Source: Vitrella brassicaformis CCMP3155
Taxonomy: Eukaryota > Protista > Chromerida
Direction: 5' to 3'
Assembly: GCA_001179505.1 (NCBI GenBank)
Contig: CDMY01000055.1
Location: forward strand, 124,001 to 188,000
Length of the DNA: 64,000 bases
In this document: positions 25,071 to 37,739 of the stretch, one piece after another
Position numbering within the stretch: position 1 is the first letter of the stretch
Layout of the letters: every line of letters starts with the position of its first letter
Position numbers and translations under genes: made by a program
Notes under the pieces: model-generated
Seen by the model: only the letters and a program-made list of their open reading frames with translations
What the model was told of the DNA's origin: nothing
Database searches by the model: none

Positions 25071-26065
25071 ATGGCGTCTGACTCCGTTCCCTCTCTGTGG
25101 GCCTCTCACTCACGACGGCCTCACACACACTCGATGACCCCACCAGGCGGCCGGCACTCGTCACACAGATCGACAAGCAGCCGCCCACAGAGATCCCCAG
25201 AGGCGTCACCCTGCCGGTCGTCCTGCAGCAGCGCATCGAGCGGGCCATACATGAGGAGATCCTTCATGACCTCTTGGCCTTCGACATTCCTGACGTGGTC
25301 GGGGCCCTCAGGACGGCCCATGTGCTGAAGCGATGCAGCGGCCACTGGAAGATGATCAAGGCCTTCATCCCCCTGGTCTTCATCCACCAGCTCACCCCCA
25401 ATGCGACGCGGCCCCTCATGCTGTCGGCCGATTCGCTGCCCACCACTTCAGCATTCGATGAGCTGCCCCTCACAATGACCGCCTACAAGACATTCGGCCA
25501 CTTGCTCAGCCACCGGGGGACCAGCCTGGCGCTGCAGCGAGCTGACAACGGTGCCTATCGGATCGGCGATCATTCGTTTCGTGTGGTGCCGCAGAGTGAG
25601 CTGCCGGCCGACCATCCCTACCGCGGCACATACAAGGAGAGCGACCCCGTCATCCGCTGGGGCCATCTTCTCTATCCATCATTCACGGCATTCATCAAGC
25701 GAACGGTTCTGATACAGTGGTGTTACCAAAAGTGGGTGGTGAGGAAGCCACTGGGAATAGCTCGTGTCGGTCGTGACGACACTCGCTATCGGTCCCTGCT
25801 GACGGCACCGTCCATCGAGGGCTACAAGACCGTCGACTACATCGATGAGGATCCATTCGCCCCGGGAGACGACGGCCGCCGACGATTTATCATTCTCAAG
25901 GGCACCGCAGCCAACGACACCACTGCGGTCCACCTGTGGCTGTTCGATGGCCACATCCGCCTCTGGACGACCGAGGCGCCGACAAAGGGCAGACACGTTG
26001 CAACTGTGGCGGCCGCCCGCCCTCTGCTGGGCAGCTATGGGCTGGATCAGCGTATGCTGGGATAG
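25071..26065 (+). pseudogene. Lineage-specific family gene, copy B; 1-nt deletion at codon ~11
   Basis: Close paralogue of 20741-21738. ATG 25071 is out of frame because TGG GCC CTC reads tgggcctc. Confidence 0.7.
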
Positions 26066-28145
26066 ATCTATTCGATGACGAAATACTGGTGAGGATGGAT
26101 GGGGGGGAGGGAGGGGTGCTGTAGGTTGTGAGGGAGAGAGAGTAGGTGTGACCGTCCCGTCATCTCATTCCTCGTGTGGCGTGCTGCGTTGATTTCTGTA
26201 GGTGTCGCATTACTCTGTTGGCGTGACAGTGTAGCGGATTACTCCAGGTGCCCGGAAGGACGGGTGGGTCTCACCAGGAGGGAGGCCTGATCAAGCGGGG
26301 GTGGTAGACAAGGTGGTGCTGTGGGTCAACAGTGACCGTAGCAACCCCGGCCGTGATGTAGGTCCCTCCCTCTCTCCCGTCTTGCTGTCTTCTTTCCCGT
26401 GCGTGTTGCCACGTCACCCCCCTCTCTCTCTGCCTGCCTGCCTGCCTGCCCGGTGTGTGGGTGAGGCTGCGAGTTTTCCTGGTCGACGAGTGGATGGGCC
26501 GGTCGAACGGCCAATCGCTCCCCGGCCGCTCACTGACCGACTCACTGGGACTTGGCAGACACAGACAGACAGAGGCTTCTTCCGCTCTAACTAAATGGGC
26601 GTCCGAGTGAGGAAGGTGGTTTGGTGTGTCGTAAGTATCTTGTGTTGCGGTGCGGCTTGTTGAGATGCCTGCCTGCATAGAGGATAACTGTAGTCTCGAT
26701 GCAGAACCAAAAAACCTGTGTGTATGTCTGTTTTATGTGGATGCGAGGATGAATTGTCCGTTAGACCGGTGTGCCCTTGCATGTGTGTGATGCAATGTTG
26801 ACTGCCAGGGAGGTAGGTGGCAACACGAACAGTAACAAATACACTCATTGTGCTGTTCCATCCATCCATCCCTCCATTCGTTCATTCGTCCGTCATCGAC
26901 TGACTGACTGACTGACTGAGTAATGCAGGCACCGCACAAAGTCACAAATACATCCAGCGTCGTTGTGCCGTGAAAGACCGCCACGACTCGCTACGACGGC
27001 ACCCTGCATCATGCATCACGTTCCGCTTCGTCATGAGGCGAGCCGGTATCATCATCCACACAACACCGTCCGTCTGTTTTTGACGATGTGTCACGACGGA
27101 CGGACAGACAGACAGACACACAGACAGACAGAAGAGAGACAGAGAGACCGACAGACCGAGACACGAATGCCGCCCTTACCAGGTATGAAAGCAAGCGATG
27201 ATGGATGGATGGATGGATGGATGGATCGCTCGCTGACACTGTGCACGGATTGATTGCCCCCCCACCCCACCCCCATTCCCTGGCCAGCCTAGCTGCACGT
27301 ACGTCGTGAGAGATCGGCTTGGCTTGCAGCGCGCCCCTTTTCGGCACATGCAAACACCGAAACACAACGCAACACGCACACAGCCGCCTGACCGACTGGA
27401 CCGATTGCCGCAAGTGAGTGCCACAGAACGAACATAGAAGAGTACATGTGTGCCGTGTGTGTGGACTTGGCAGACAGAAACGAATGCGCCAGAAGAAAGT
27501 CGGTTCGGCATCGTGAAAAAGAAAGCTGATACACCATTTGTGTAAGAGTGTGGACACCACAGCTTCTCCCTCCCCTCTCTCTCTCTTGGTGAAAACAGAT
27601 GATCACACTGATTGTCAGTGAAGCCACACAACACAACGACATGGCATAGTGAGGAACTCAAGGCAGCTCTGTGAATGCACATACATCAACAAACAGCGGC
27701 ACACAACTTGCACTGTCTGTCTGAATTGGACGCCTAAGGGCACTTTTTCTTGCCTGAAAGCGACACACATGGACGGATACATTGCATCAGTAATGCAGTC
27801 AGTCAGTCAGGTCATCCGTCCGGTCCCCTTGAATTGTCCAACAAGAAGCCTGACGGCTCGTATACACACACCACACCCTGTCTGCCGTCGACCGACACGT
27901 CGGCGACGTCCATTCCATTCCATGCAATTCCCATCTATCTACTGCTATCCACGTGTGAGCCAGCGGGTGAATGAATGAATGGAGTGAGGTGAGTGAGTTG
28001 TCCGGGCTGTGTGTGCTGCGTGCAGGTGTACGTGACATGTTTCGCTTACGTATGTGCACACACAGACACAGACACAGACAGACCAGTAAGAAAAAATGCC
28101 AAAAGACCAGCACACACATACACATACACACTCGCCAATCAACGC

Positions 28146-28857
28146 CTAGAGGCCATCGATGTAACTCTTAGCCACGGCGACCTTCCTGCTGGCGACGGCC
28201 GCCAGGTTGCCCAGCACCCTCAGGCCGGCCCCTCCCCCCCGCGTGGCCATCACCTGCTCGCGAAGGTCGACTTCCATCTCGCCAATCCTCACTGTCGGCC
28301 GGTAGTGCTGCATGGCCTCGCTGATGGCACGCTGAAGGAACTCCTGGCCTTCATCGGTGGGCGACGAGACGAGGGTCATGTTGTAGCCCATGGCCGCCCA
28401 GGTCAGGTCCGTGGGGTCGCTCTGCGCCACGACGTGCATGCTCGAGGCGCTCACACACGAGTAGCGGGGCACCACCGAGGAAAACAGAGACAGCGCCCTC
28501 GCGGCGTGGATCTGACAACAACAGCAAGCAGTGAGTGACACGCAGAGTGCAACCCCGTGCCATGTTGTGGTGGGGTGTTGTGTGCACTACTCGCTGGTTT
28601 ACCTACCGGGTCATCTGCGAGCCACTCTTCCCAGCTGCCTCCGCCCAGCGATGGCATATCCACATTGGCCGTCGTGACGCACACACTGCCGCTGGGGCAC
28701 TGAAGCGACCCGCACTCGCCGCCCTCACTCTCGCCATAGCGCGCCTGCCTGGTTCTGTCGGCGTATCCTTTCCATGAGACATCGTACTTTGGAATGATGC
28801 TGTCCCAGAAGCCGCACTCGTCGTTCATGTAGCCGGCCTCGCTGAGGGCACGGCCAG
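28146..28857 (-). pseudogene. Duplicate 3' exons of the carboxylesterase (truncated by gap)
   Basis: Matches 29776-30487; the right-hand ~550 bp look identical (offset 1630). Confidence 0.75.
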
Positions 28858-29157
28858 NNNNNNNNNNNNNNNNNNNNNNNNNNNNNNNNNNNNNNNNNNN
28901 NNNNNNNNNNNNNNNNNNNNNNNNNNNNNNNNNNNNNNNNNNNNNNNNNNNNNNNNNNNNNNNNNNNNNNNNNNNNNNNNNNNNNNNNNNNNNNNNNNNN
29001 NNNNNNNNNNNNNNNNNNNNNNNNNNNNNNNNNNNNNNNNNNNNNNNNNNNNNNNNNNNNNNNNNNNNNNNNNNNNNNNNNNNNNNNNNNNNNNNNNNNN
29101 NNNNNNNNNNNNNNNNNNNNNNNNNNNNNNNNNNNNNNNNNNNNNNNNNNNNNNNNN
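28858..29157. other. Assembly gap (300 N)
   Basis: Run of n. Confidence 1.
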
Positions 29158-29775
29158 TACATCCAGCGTCGCTGTGTTGTGAGTGACCGCCACGACTCGC
29201 TACGACGGCACTCGCATCATGCATCACGTTCCGCTACGTCATGAGGCGAGCCAGTATCATCATCCACACAACACCGTCCGTCTGTTTTGACGATGTGTCA
29301 CGACAGACGGACGGACAGACAGACACACAGACACCCAGACAGAGAGACAGACAGACAGACAGACAGAGACACGAACGCCGCCCTTACCAGGTATGAAAGC
29401 ACGCGCATCAGGAATGCAGTCAGTCAGTCAGGTCATCCGGTCCGGCCCCCTTTAATTGTCCAACAAGAAGCCTGACGGCCCCGTATACACACACATGCAC
29501 ACACCCCCACCCCACCCCACCCCACCCTGTCTGCCGTCGACATGCGACGTCCATTCCATGCAATTCCCATCTATCTACTGCTATCCATCCCATCCCTAAT
29601 GACTGGACTGGGTGAGTGAGTTGTCCGGGCTGTGTGCTGCGTGCTGGTGTACGTGACATGTTTCGCCTACGTAGGTGCAGACACAGACACAGACACAGAG
29701 ACAGACAGACCAGTAAGAAAAAGTTCATGCCATAAAGACCAGCACCAACACACATCCACACGCGCCAATGAATGC

Positions 29776-32700
29776 CTAGAGGCCATCGATGAAACTCTCA
29801 GCCACGGCGACCTTCCTGCTGGCCACGGCCGCCAGGTTGCCCAGCACCCTCAGGCTGGCCCCTCCCCCCCGCGTGGCCATCACCTGGTCGCGAAGGTCGA
29901 CCTCCATCTCGCCAATCCTGACTGTCGGCCGGTAGTGCTGCATGGCCTCGCTGATGGCACGCTGAAGGAACTCCTGGCCTTCATCGGTGGGCGACGAGAC
30001 GAGGGTCATGTTGTAGCCCATGGCCGCCCAGGTCAGGTCCGTGGGGTCGCTCTGCGCCACGACGTGCATGCTCGAGGCGCTCACACACGAGTAGCGGGGC
30101 ACCACCGAGGAAAACAGAGACAGCGCCCTCGCGGCGTGGATCTGACAACAACAGCAAGCAGTGAGTGACACGCAGAGTGCAACCCCGTGCCATGTTGTGG
30201 TGGGGTGTTGTGTGCACTACTCGCTGGTTTACCTACCGGGTCATCTGCGAGCCACTCTTCCCAGCTGCCTCCGCCCAGCGATGGCATATCCACATTGGCC
30301 GTCGTGACGCACACACTGCCGCTGGGGCACTGAAGCGACCCGCACTCGCCGCCCTCACTCTCGCCATAGCGCGCCTGCCTGGTTCTGTCGGCGTATCCTT
30401 TCCATGAGACATCGTACTTTGGAATGATGCTGTCCCAGAAGCCGCACTCGTCGTTCATGTAGCCGGCCTCGCTGAGGGCACGGCCAGCCGGTGCGTCGTC
30501 GCTGAGGATGGACAGCTTCATATACAGCCTCTCGTCGCGAGTGTAGGGGGGCCAGGGGGGCAGGGAGGAGCCGGCAGCAGAATCACCATCACCAGCACCA
30601 TCTGGCACGCCAGTGTTGGCAAAGTTTCTCCAGTACTGGTGGACTGTCTTGACGGCCTCCTCCTCGGCAGACGTGAAAGCGAAACCTGAACCGGACACAC
30701 CATTCATCCCATCCATCCATTCATGTACCCTCCCGTCAGCTTCTTCTGTGTTGGTTGCACTGCTGACCCTCTGGCATTCTGCGTGCGCTTTGCAGCAGCC
30801 ATGGCTGGTCCTCCAGGTGGCATCTGATCTCATCCGTGCCGCAGAAGCGGTTGAGGGAGTGGAAATACGATCCGGGTGCACTCTTGGCGGTGAATTTTTC
30901 ACTCTCGGTGTACGACCACCTGGGCACACAAAGACACACACAAAGACACAACACACACTGCATTGCCTTTTCCGTATCTCTCTCTCTGTGCTTCTACCAT
31001 GCCCTCCCACCCTGATTCGTATGAGGCGAGGTAACACGTGCCCGTCACATTGGCGCACAGCTGCCTCGTCGAGCACGAGAATTCCGAATGGCCGAAGGCA
31101 CTGCTGAAGGAGGATGCCGTGTCGGGCCTGTCGGGCGTCAGGCCGATCGTGGCGGGTTCACCCACACCATCAAGAGGGTACAGCTCGAGGAACTCGTCCT
31201 GGGTTCACACAGAAGACGAGAGAGGGACAGCATAGGATGCCAAATTTGGAAGAAAATTCGGCGTGTGGTTGTTTCTCTCGTACCGCCCTGGCGCCGAAGA
31301 GCCCTTTGATGGTTGCCATCCATGTGACCGGATTGAAGACGACCTGGGTGAGCATGTCGGCGAAGTCGCGCGCAAAGAAATTGATGGCTTGGCGGATGAT
31401 CACCGTCCCTTCGTGCGGTGTCGACGACAACATCAGCGGCACATCAGTGTTGTACTCGCCCTGCACTCACACAGGACAGACACATAGCGCCAATCACCGG
31501 CCGCATGCAGCGATGGTTGGACGGGCACGTCCGCCTATTCTCACACACCGTGACAAGAGGGTCATAGCAGTTGTTTGAGAGGACCTCCCCGTCTTCCACC
31601 AGCCGCCACGGCGCCAGTATAAAGAAATCCTCAAGAATGAGGTACATATTGCCCAGCAGATTCGCCGCAAGAAGGTCCTTCACAGGTGCGGTCTTGATGC
31701 ACTCGATGTAGGCGTCCAGGTCCCTCTCGGCCTTGTGGACGGGACCGCACGAGGGCGTCAGGGCGGTCAGGGCAAAGTTGCTCTGCGCCGTGGCGAGCTG
31801 ACAACAGAAGAGAGAGAGGCAATTGCGTCAGCCTGGTCTGTGGTCCATTCCCTTTGTGAGCTCACCTCGAGGGATCTCCCGCTTTGGCAGCAGTCCTGCG
31901 ATACTGCAATCACCTTCTTGAACAGCCGTCCTGCGCTCTCTGACGCGAGATGGCAGGCGGCACTCACAGCACCCGCACTGAAGCCCACTAGTGTGACGTC
32001 ACGCGAACCGCCGAAGTGCTGCACACAGACACACATTGTGTAGGCCGGTCTCTCTCGTCTGCTCTGTCTGGTGTGGCGTGGTGTGCGTGTGTGCGTTGGT
32101 CACGTGTATGTATTTCTGTATCCACTCAAGGGCCACGCGCTGGTCCAGAAAGCCCAGATTCCTCGGCAGATAATCGGTGACGATGCCGCCGAAGATACCC
32201 AATCGATAATTTAAGCCCACGACCACAAGACCTGACCATACCAGCACAGACACAAACAAGGCGATATCAGCTGAGCAAGTGAAAATCTCTCTCTCCCCCT
32301 CTCTCTCCCTCTCTCTCGCGCCCTCACCTGTCCTTTGCGCCAGTGCCGCCCCATCAGTGAATGCCGCCCCTGATGTGCCGCCGTCCCAACCCCCCCCGTG
32401 GATCAGCGCCAACACATTTCTCTTTTCGCCTCGCTCTCGCACGCCTTTGGGCACCCACACGTGGAGGTACAGACACTGCTCCGCCAGCAAGCCACTCTCC
32501 GACAAGCAGAACTGCGGCGACCCAACGACCTGCTTGCACGCGGACGGACAGGCGGGCCCCTTGTTCGTGGCATCGATGTGGCCGCCTCCCAGAGGGATGA
32601 GCGTCGGCTTCTCAAATCTTGGCGCGTCTCCGAACTGGATGCCCAGGAAGGCCTCTGTGTCGGTATCTGCCTGGTCGATGCCCCGGATCTCTGTACCTGG

Positions 32701-32872
32701 TATTGCACGTGTCACGCACAGCCACAAAGTGTCACTCAGAAGTGTGTGTGGCACTGCTTTTGTGAAGTGTGTGCCCACCATCCGGTAGCTCGATGACGAC
32801 CGCTTCTCCGCAGCTGGCGAACACGGCGAGCAACAGCCAGACACAGACACCTCCCCTCGGCACACAGACCAT
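29776..32872 (-). CDS. Secreted type-B carboxylesterase/lipase (alpha/beta hydrolase) with C-terminal extension, multi-exon
   Basis: Signal-like WLLLAVFASCGEA; AFLGIQFG; EQCLYLHVWVP; LIHGGGWDGG oxyanion loop; NYRLGIFG; NLGFLDQRVALEWIQ; nucleophile GFSAG; acid HEG; His CHLED; YWRNFANTG. Confidence 0.9.
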
Positions 32873-33623
32873 CTCCCCTTGGCATCTCAATGATCTCATC
32901 AGCGCGGTACGCGAGATTTGCGTTCGCTGAGGCGCCTGATGAGCGTTAAACCAACGAGAGGGGGTAGAGCTCTCGGTAGCTTGGCCCCTATCTCGGCGGT
33001 TATCGTTACCGCTCCCCGCCGTTCCCCCTTCAGCTGTTCCCGAGCTCGCGGTAAACTTGAAGAATCCCCCGCGGGTCCGCAATATTACCCTTCCCCACGT
33101 CCGCAGACGATCAAGAGTGCTCACCACTGGAGCGCTCATGAACGCACCCCAACTCCTGGTAGGCCCTGCCCTCATCTCTCTACTGAGCGTCTCTCTCTCT
33201 CTGTGTTAAATCTCTGCCGATGTGTGTGGGGCTTACTGCGTGCAGGGGTCACATCACTGGCTCTGAGGTCTTCAGTGTGAGTGCTAAGGTCGCCCTGTCT
33301 CTCTTTCCCATGCGGACAGTCAGGCGAGCGAAGCCCTGACAAGCATATTCCCTGCCCAACTCCCAAGGGCCCCGTCCGATGAGAACATGCCAAGCTGTGC
33401 TGTCATGCTGTCTTGAAGGCTTAGCTTCAGGGGACCAGCACGCGTAGCCCCACGAACATCGTAGGCAAAAAGAAGATGCCGAGGCACACTTCATGCGTAT
33501 CTGTGTGCCCTGCTTCTTAAGACTTGACCTCCGGGTGCCTCGATTGGCCAACACTCGCGCCTTCGAACGATGTCGCTATCTTTTTCTCTCTCTCGGCTTC
33601 CATCGCTTGCCCGTATCTCGAAG

Positions 33624-34754
33624 ATGACGACGGCTCGTGTGGCCCCTGAACCACAGACGATGGCCAAGACGACAAAGAAGGAGCCCGAGTACATTGTGAA
33701 GATTCGAGAGGCATCGGCGGCATCGACAGTCGAAGGGGCCGGGCGGGTGGTCCAGGAGCGTTTCTGGCAGCTGCCTACCCTGTTCTTCGTCATGCTTTCG
33801 GCTCCTTGCGGGGTCTTCCTGTACTTTTTCCTCAGCAGCGTCGCCCAAGGAGACGATTTTTGGATGCGCATGATGTGGATGGGGCTCTTTGTCATCTGGT
33901 ACATCCTCTATCTCATTCTGACGGCTTTGGTCGGCCCCATTTCTCTCCACCTGCGCCGTCTGGTGTCATGCTATCGCTGGAGTCCAACCGCCGCCTTTGC
34001 ATTGATCCAAAAGGCCCGTCCCTACTGCGTCATCACCGGCAAGATCATCCGTGTCGGCTGCTGTCGAGGCAAACGAGAAGGGGGATGGGTGAAAGTGGGA
34101 GTGCTTGGGGCCGTCCACGATATGACGCCTGAGCTGCCGCCGACATCGAATCTCTTCGAGCGCTTCCTGCTCATTCGACTGAGAATCTACCTGTGTCCGG
34201 TCTATGGCGAGAGTGTCGATGCGGATGTGAATCACATTCTAAAGGACTTCAAGCAAAGCTTCATCACGAAGGCGAAGCGATTCGAGATACCAAAAGCCGA
34301 GCGGCCGGGCGATCGCGACGACTTCACCGTTCAATGGAAACTCAAAGAATTAGCCCCTTCGTTGATCCGAGGCGCACGACTTTCATACGAGTCGCGACGA
34401 GTGCCGGTGCTGATGCTGTACAACGAGGGGAAGAACGGCGGACCCACCTCCCCATTGCTGTCCCTTCCCGTGGCACTCCTGATGTGGATCCTGTGTCTCG
34501 ACTTCCCCTACCGCTTGTTCCTCGAAGTCTTCTGCACAGGCAAGCAGAGGCTACTAGAGGGTGGACCGCAGTCCGAGTATCATGATGTCTCGTTTGTCTC
34601 TTCCTGGTTAGGCCGCCTCGACGTGGAAGTAATCAAGAAGGTTCACAAAATCAGTGACGAGAATGGGCGATTCCACATACGCTTTATCGATTCACATCAC
34701 CGGTTCGAGAAGGCGTACACCGTCATTGAGTACATGGACATGTACGATGACTAG
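33624..34754 (+). CDS. Intronless multi-pass membrane protein, TMEM151-like
   Basis: Two N-terminal TM helices, a soluble region (LLIRLRIYLC...DFTVQWKL), then LLSLPVALLMWILCLDFPYRLFLE...EVIKKV. This resembles the TMEM151 layout; family call is by recollection only. Confidence 0.5.
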   Translation: MTTARVAPEPQTMAKTTKKEPEYIVKIREASAASTVEGAGRVVQERFWQLPTLFFVMLSAPCGVFLYFFLSSVAQGDDFWMRMMWMGLFVIWYILYLILTALVGPISLHLRRLVSCYRWSPTAAFALIQKARPYCVITGKIIRVGCCRGKREGGWVKVGVLGAVHDMTPELPPTSNLFERFLLIRLRIYLCPVYGESVDADVNHILKDFKQSFITKAKRFEIPKAERPGDRDDFTVQWKLKELAPSLIRGARLSYESRRVPVLMLYNEGKNGGPTSPLLSLPVALLMWILCLDFPYRLFLEVFCTGKQRLLEGGPQSEYHDVSFVSSWLGRLDVEVIKKVHKISDENGRFHIRFIDSHHRFEKAYTVIEYMDMYDD

Positions 34755-35701
34755 GACCAGCATCGGAGCATAAACGCGGAGGTGAGCTGAGAGATGTCCC
34801 AGGTCGAGTCATGCATACGTCTCTGTGCACCTTGACGCATGTTCAGGTCAGCTTTAGGTTGACAGCTGTGAACTGTGCCGGTTCCGAGTGAATTACGTCG
34901 TTGAGACTCGTTCTATGCGCTGTGGCGTATGCATGATATGGCTTGAGACGCTCACTCATGTGTATTATACGTGAAAATATAATATGCTGTCTCGGTACGC
35001 CAACAGAGAGCAGAGGCAGCGATTAGCAGAGAGGAGAGCGAGACAAAAAGACACGGGGTAAGCTTATGTACATCAAGTAAGTCCCGACAAAGAGACCCAG
35101 CCAGCCAGCCAGCCATCCATCCAGCCATTTGTGTGTCCGCTTGAGAGTCGAGTTGGACTCACTTCCTCAGTGAATGAGTGACTTGTTCATGTCTGTCTGC
35201 CCGTGTAAGGGGTACAAATGGGTGGCGCGATGCGGACAAATGGATAGATGGATTGACAGACAACATACTGGTGACTGATTTGTCAGAACCAGAGTGCGGA
35301 CAATTGTCGACGCAGATCGAGTGTGTTCGTCCACATCAAACACAGACAGTCACACAGTCATGAGCAGTCAGGCTGCTACCCACTGCACGCACATGGGCAT
35401 GGCAGCAGCAGCAGCACACCATCAGATCACATCACGTCACATCAACCGTCAGCAATTCAGTCACTCGCTGCCATCGGTGCCGTCAGCGCCAGTTGAGCTG
35501 GGTTATCAAAGGCTGGCCACGTCACCTTCTTCGCCAAACGCTGATCGACCACCCAACCCCCCTCGTCGGCTGCACGAATGCGACACCTACAATCCATCAA
35601 TGCAGCACGACAGACAAGAAATGAGAAGAGCCAAGACACACGCGCACACTCCCTCACACAGCCCCTCGTGTACCTCACCAGTGTGTTGCTATGCAAGGTA
35701 T

Positions 35702-37090
35702 CTATCCCAGCACTGTCCTCTCGAGCCCATGTGTCGCCAGCAGCCGTCTGGCGACCCGCACGGCCGTGGGTTACCGCTCGATGGCCGTCCTGCCCTCTGT
35801 CGGTGCCTCGGTCGTCCAAAGGATGATGTTGCCATCAACCATATCTAGGTAGGCCACAGTAGCATCTGTCGCCTTGCTGCCCTTGAGCACGATGATCCGC
35901 CCGCGGCTGTCGTCCCTCTGCGCCACACGCTCAGCCATGATGCCGACTGTCTTGTGGCCGTGGATGGGCTCCGTCAGCAGGGACGTAGCGGCTGTCAGCA
36001 CGACCGAGACGACCGACAGCCACCAGCTTCCACTCCACCCTCCCTTGACCCCCCCAGTGCTTCAGGACCATCGCCGTGAGGAATGCCGTGAAGGATGGGT
36101 AGAGATAGATCCAATGGCGAATGACGGGATCGCTCTCCTTGTATGTGCGACGATAGGGGTGGTTGTTGGGCAAATCGGATAGGGGGACTGTCACGAAGTC
36201 GAGATCGCCGATCTCATAGCGCCGTCTCGTCACCCCACCCCCACCATCACCATGCTGCCCCCCCTGATCGCTGCCCGCTGTACCGGCCTCGGCACTCGCG
36301 CCGTCAGCTCCATCCTGCTCATCCACCCGCTCCAGCGTTAGGCTCTCCCCTTTGTAGCTGAGCAAGTGGCCGAATGTCCTGTAAATGGCGAGGGCGGCCG
36401 GCATCTGCAGGAAGTCGCCCCTGCTGGCCAGGTGGTCCCCCATCCGCTTGGGCGACAGCCGCAGGGGCAGTGTCTTGATGAGCTTGTAGTTGCGCGCCAG
36501 GTGGATGAAGTCGGTCATCTGCACCCACACCGCCCCGCCCCGCTCGAGCGCATAGGCGCATTTGCTGTAGTAGCCGAACATTGACCGATACACGTCGACG
36601 AGGCCGGTCAAATGGTTGCTGTCGAGGAAGCCATCGATGCGCTTGAGCATGAAGGCCTCGTTGATGAGCTGTGTGCCGAAGAGGGTGTTGGCTGCCCTCG
36701 CCGGGCTGATGGCCACGTCGACAGGGAGATAGCCCACGATACCGTCACAGTACACATCGGCGGGCAGCCGATTGGCCGTCACGTCCACGGCATTGTCGCC
36801 ATCAGCAGCAGCTGTGGTGTCTGGCTGAGATGGGGGAGGGGGCGGGGCGGCAGAGATGTGGTGGGCGATGGTCTGAATGGCAGCCGAGAGGGTCGACACG
36901 CTCGACTTGACAGATGACCAATCCTGTGCGACGATGGGAACCTAGCGGCAGACGGTTTCGCCCACACAGAAGAGGCAAATCCATGTATTGAGCCATTTCT
37001 TTCTCTGTGTGACCCACCTGGTCAGCGGCAATGGATGTCATTACTAAGGGCTCAACATCCGACACCTCGGTCGCCACCTGCCACACGAGT
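35702..37090 (-). pseudogene. Lineage-specific family gene, F-box-like subtype, frameshift plus nonsense codon
   Basis: Motifs shared with the 55220 copy (EAFMLKRID, AYALERGGAVW.QMTDFIHLA, YRTFGHLL). 2-nt deletion in the DSRYRSLLT block (~35980); TAC>TAA at 35771; remnant ends GLERTVLG* at 35702. Confidence 0.8.
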
Positions 37091-37739
37091 CGAGTCTGTC
37101 AGTTTGGTCAGGTCGCATGTCAAACTTGTGTGTGCCATTCACCTGCTCCATGAGCGACTGTATGGCCGCCAGCCGATGCCCCACGCCACACACAGCACCG
37201 GCAGACATCCCTGACACCGGCAATTAAGATGGGTACAGAGTGACAGCCAGCCGGTCCATCTTTCGCCTCGTCTGCTCACCGACAGAAGATTTGACAGAAC
37301 AAGGAGAAGCAGCTGCTCAGACACCAGAGATCCACGCAGCCAAAACTGCTTGTGGATCACGACCCACACCACACGTGCAAAGACAGCGCGCGAGCCGGCG
37401 TTTCGAACAAGCACGTCAGGCCCACTCACTCCTGTGTGCGGCAGGCCACTGGAGGCACTGCGATTTTTTCAGGCTGTGCGGGACTAAGCTCGCAGACTAT
37501 TCGCGATCCGCGACAAAACTGCTCTTTCTCGGGCGTCCTCGTCTCCCCAGTTTTGTCGCTGAGAGGCCTTGCCAAGGCTCTACGGGTTCATCGGAGAAAC
37601 AAAAAAGGAAAAAGATCGACGAAGGGACGACGACATTGAGCATTGCCTTTTGGTGTTGGTGTTCGACAGCAACGCCCGCCGCGTGCGACAGCGACGCAGG
37701 TGAACAGAGCCAAGCCAAGAAGTCTTGTTTCGCATTACA

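Noticed and set aside
23022-29227. Long ORFs running through X stretches
   Set aside because: Artefacts of translating across the 300-N gaps.
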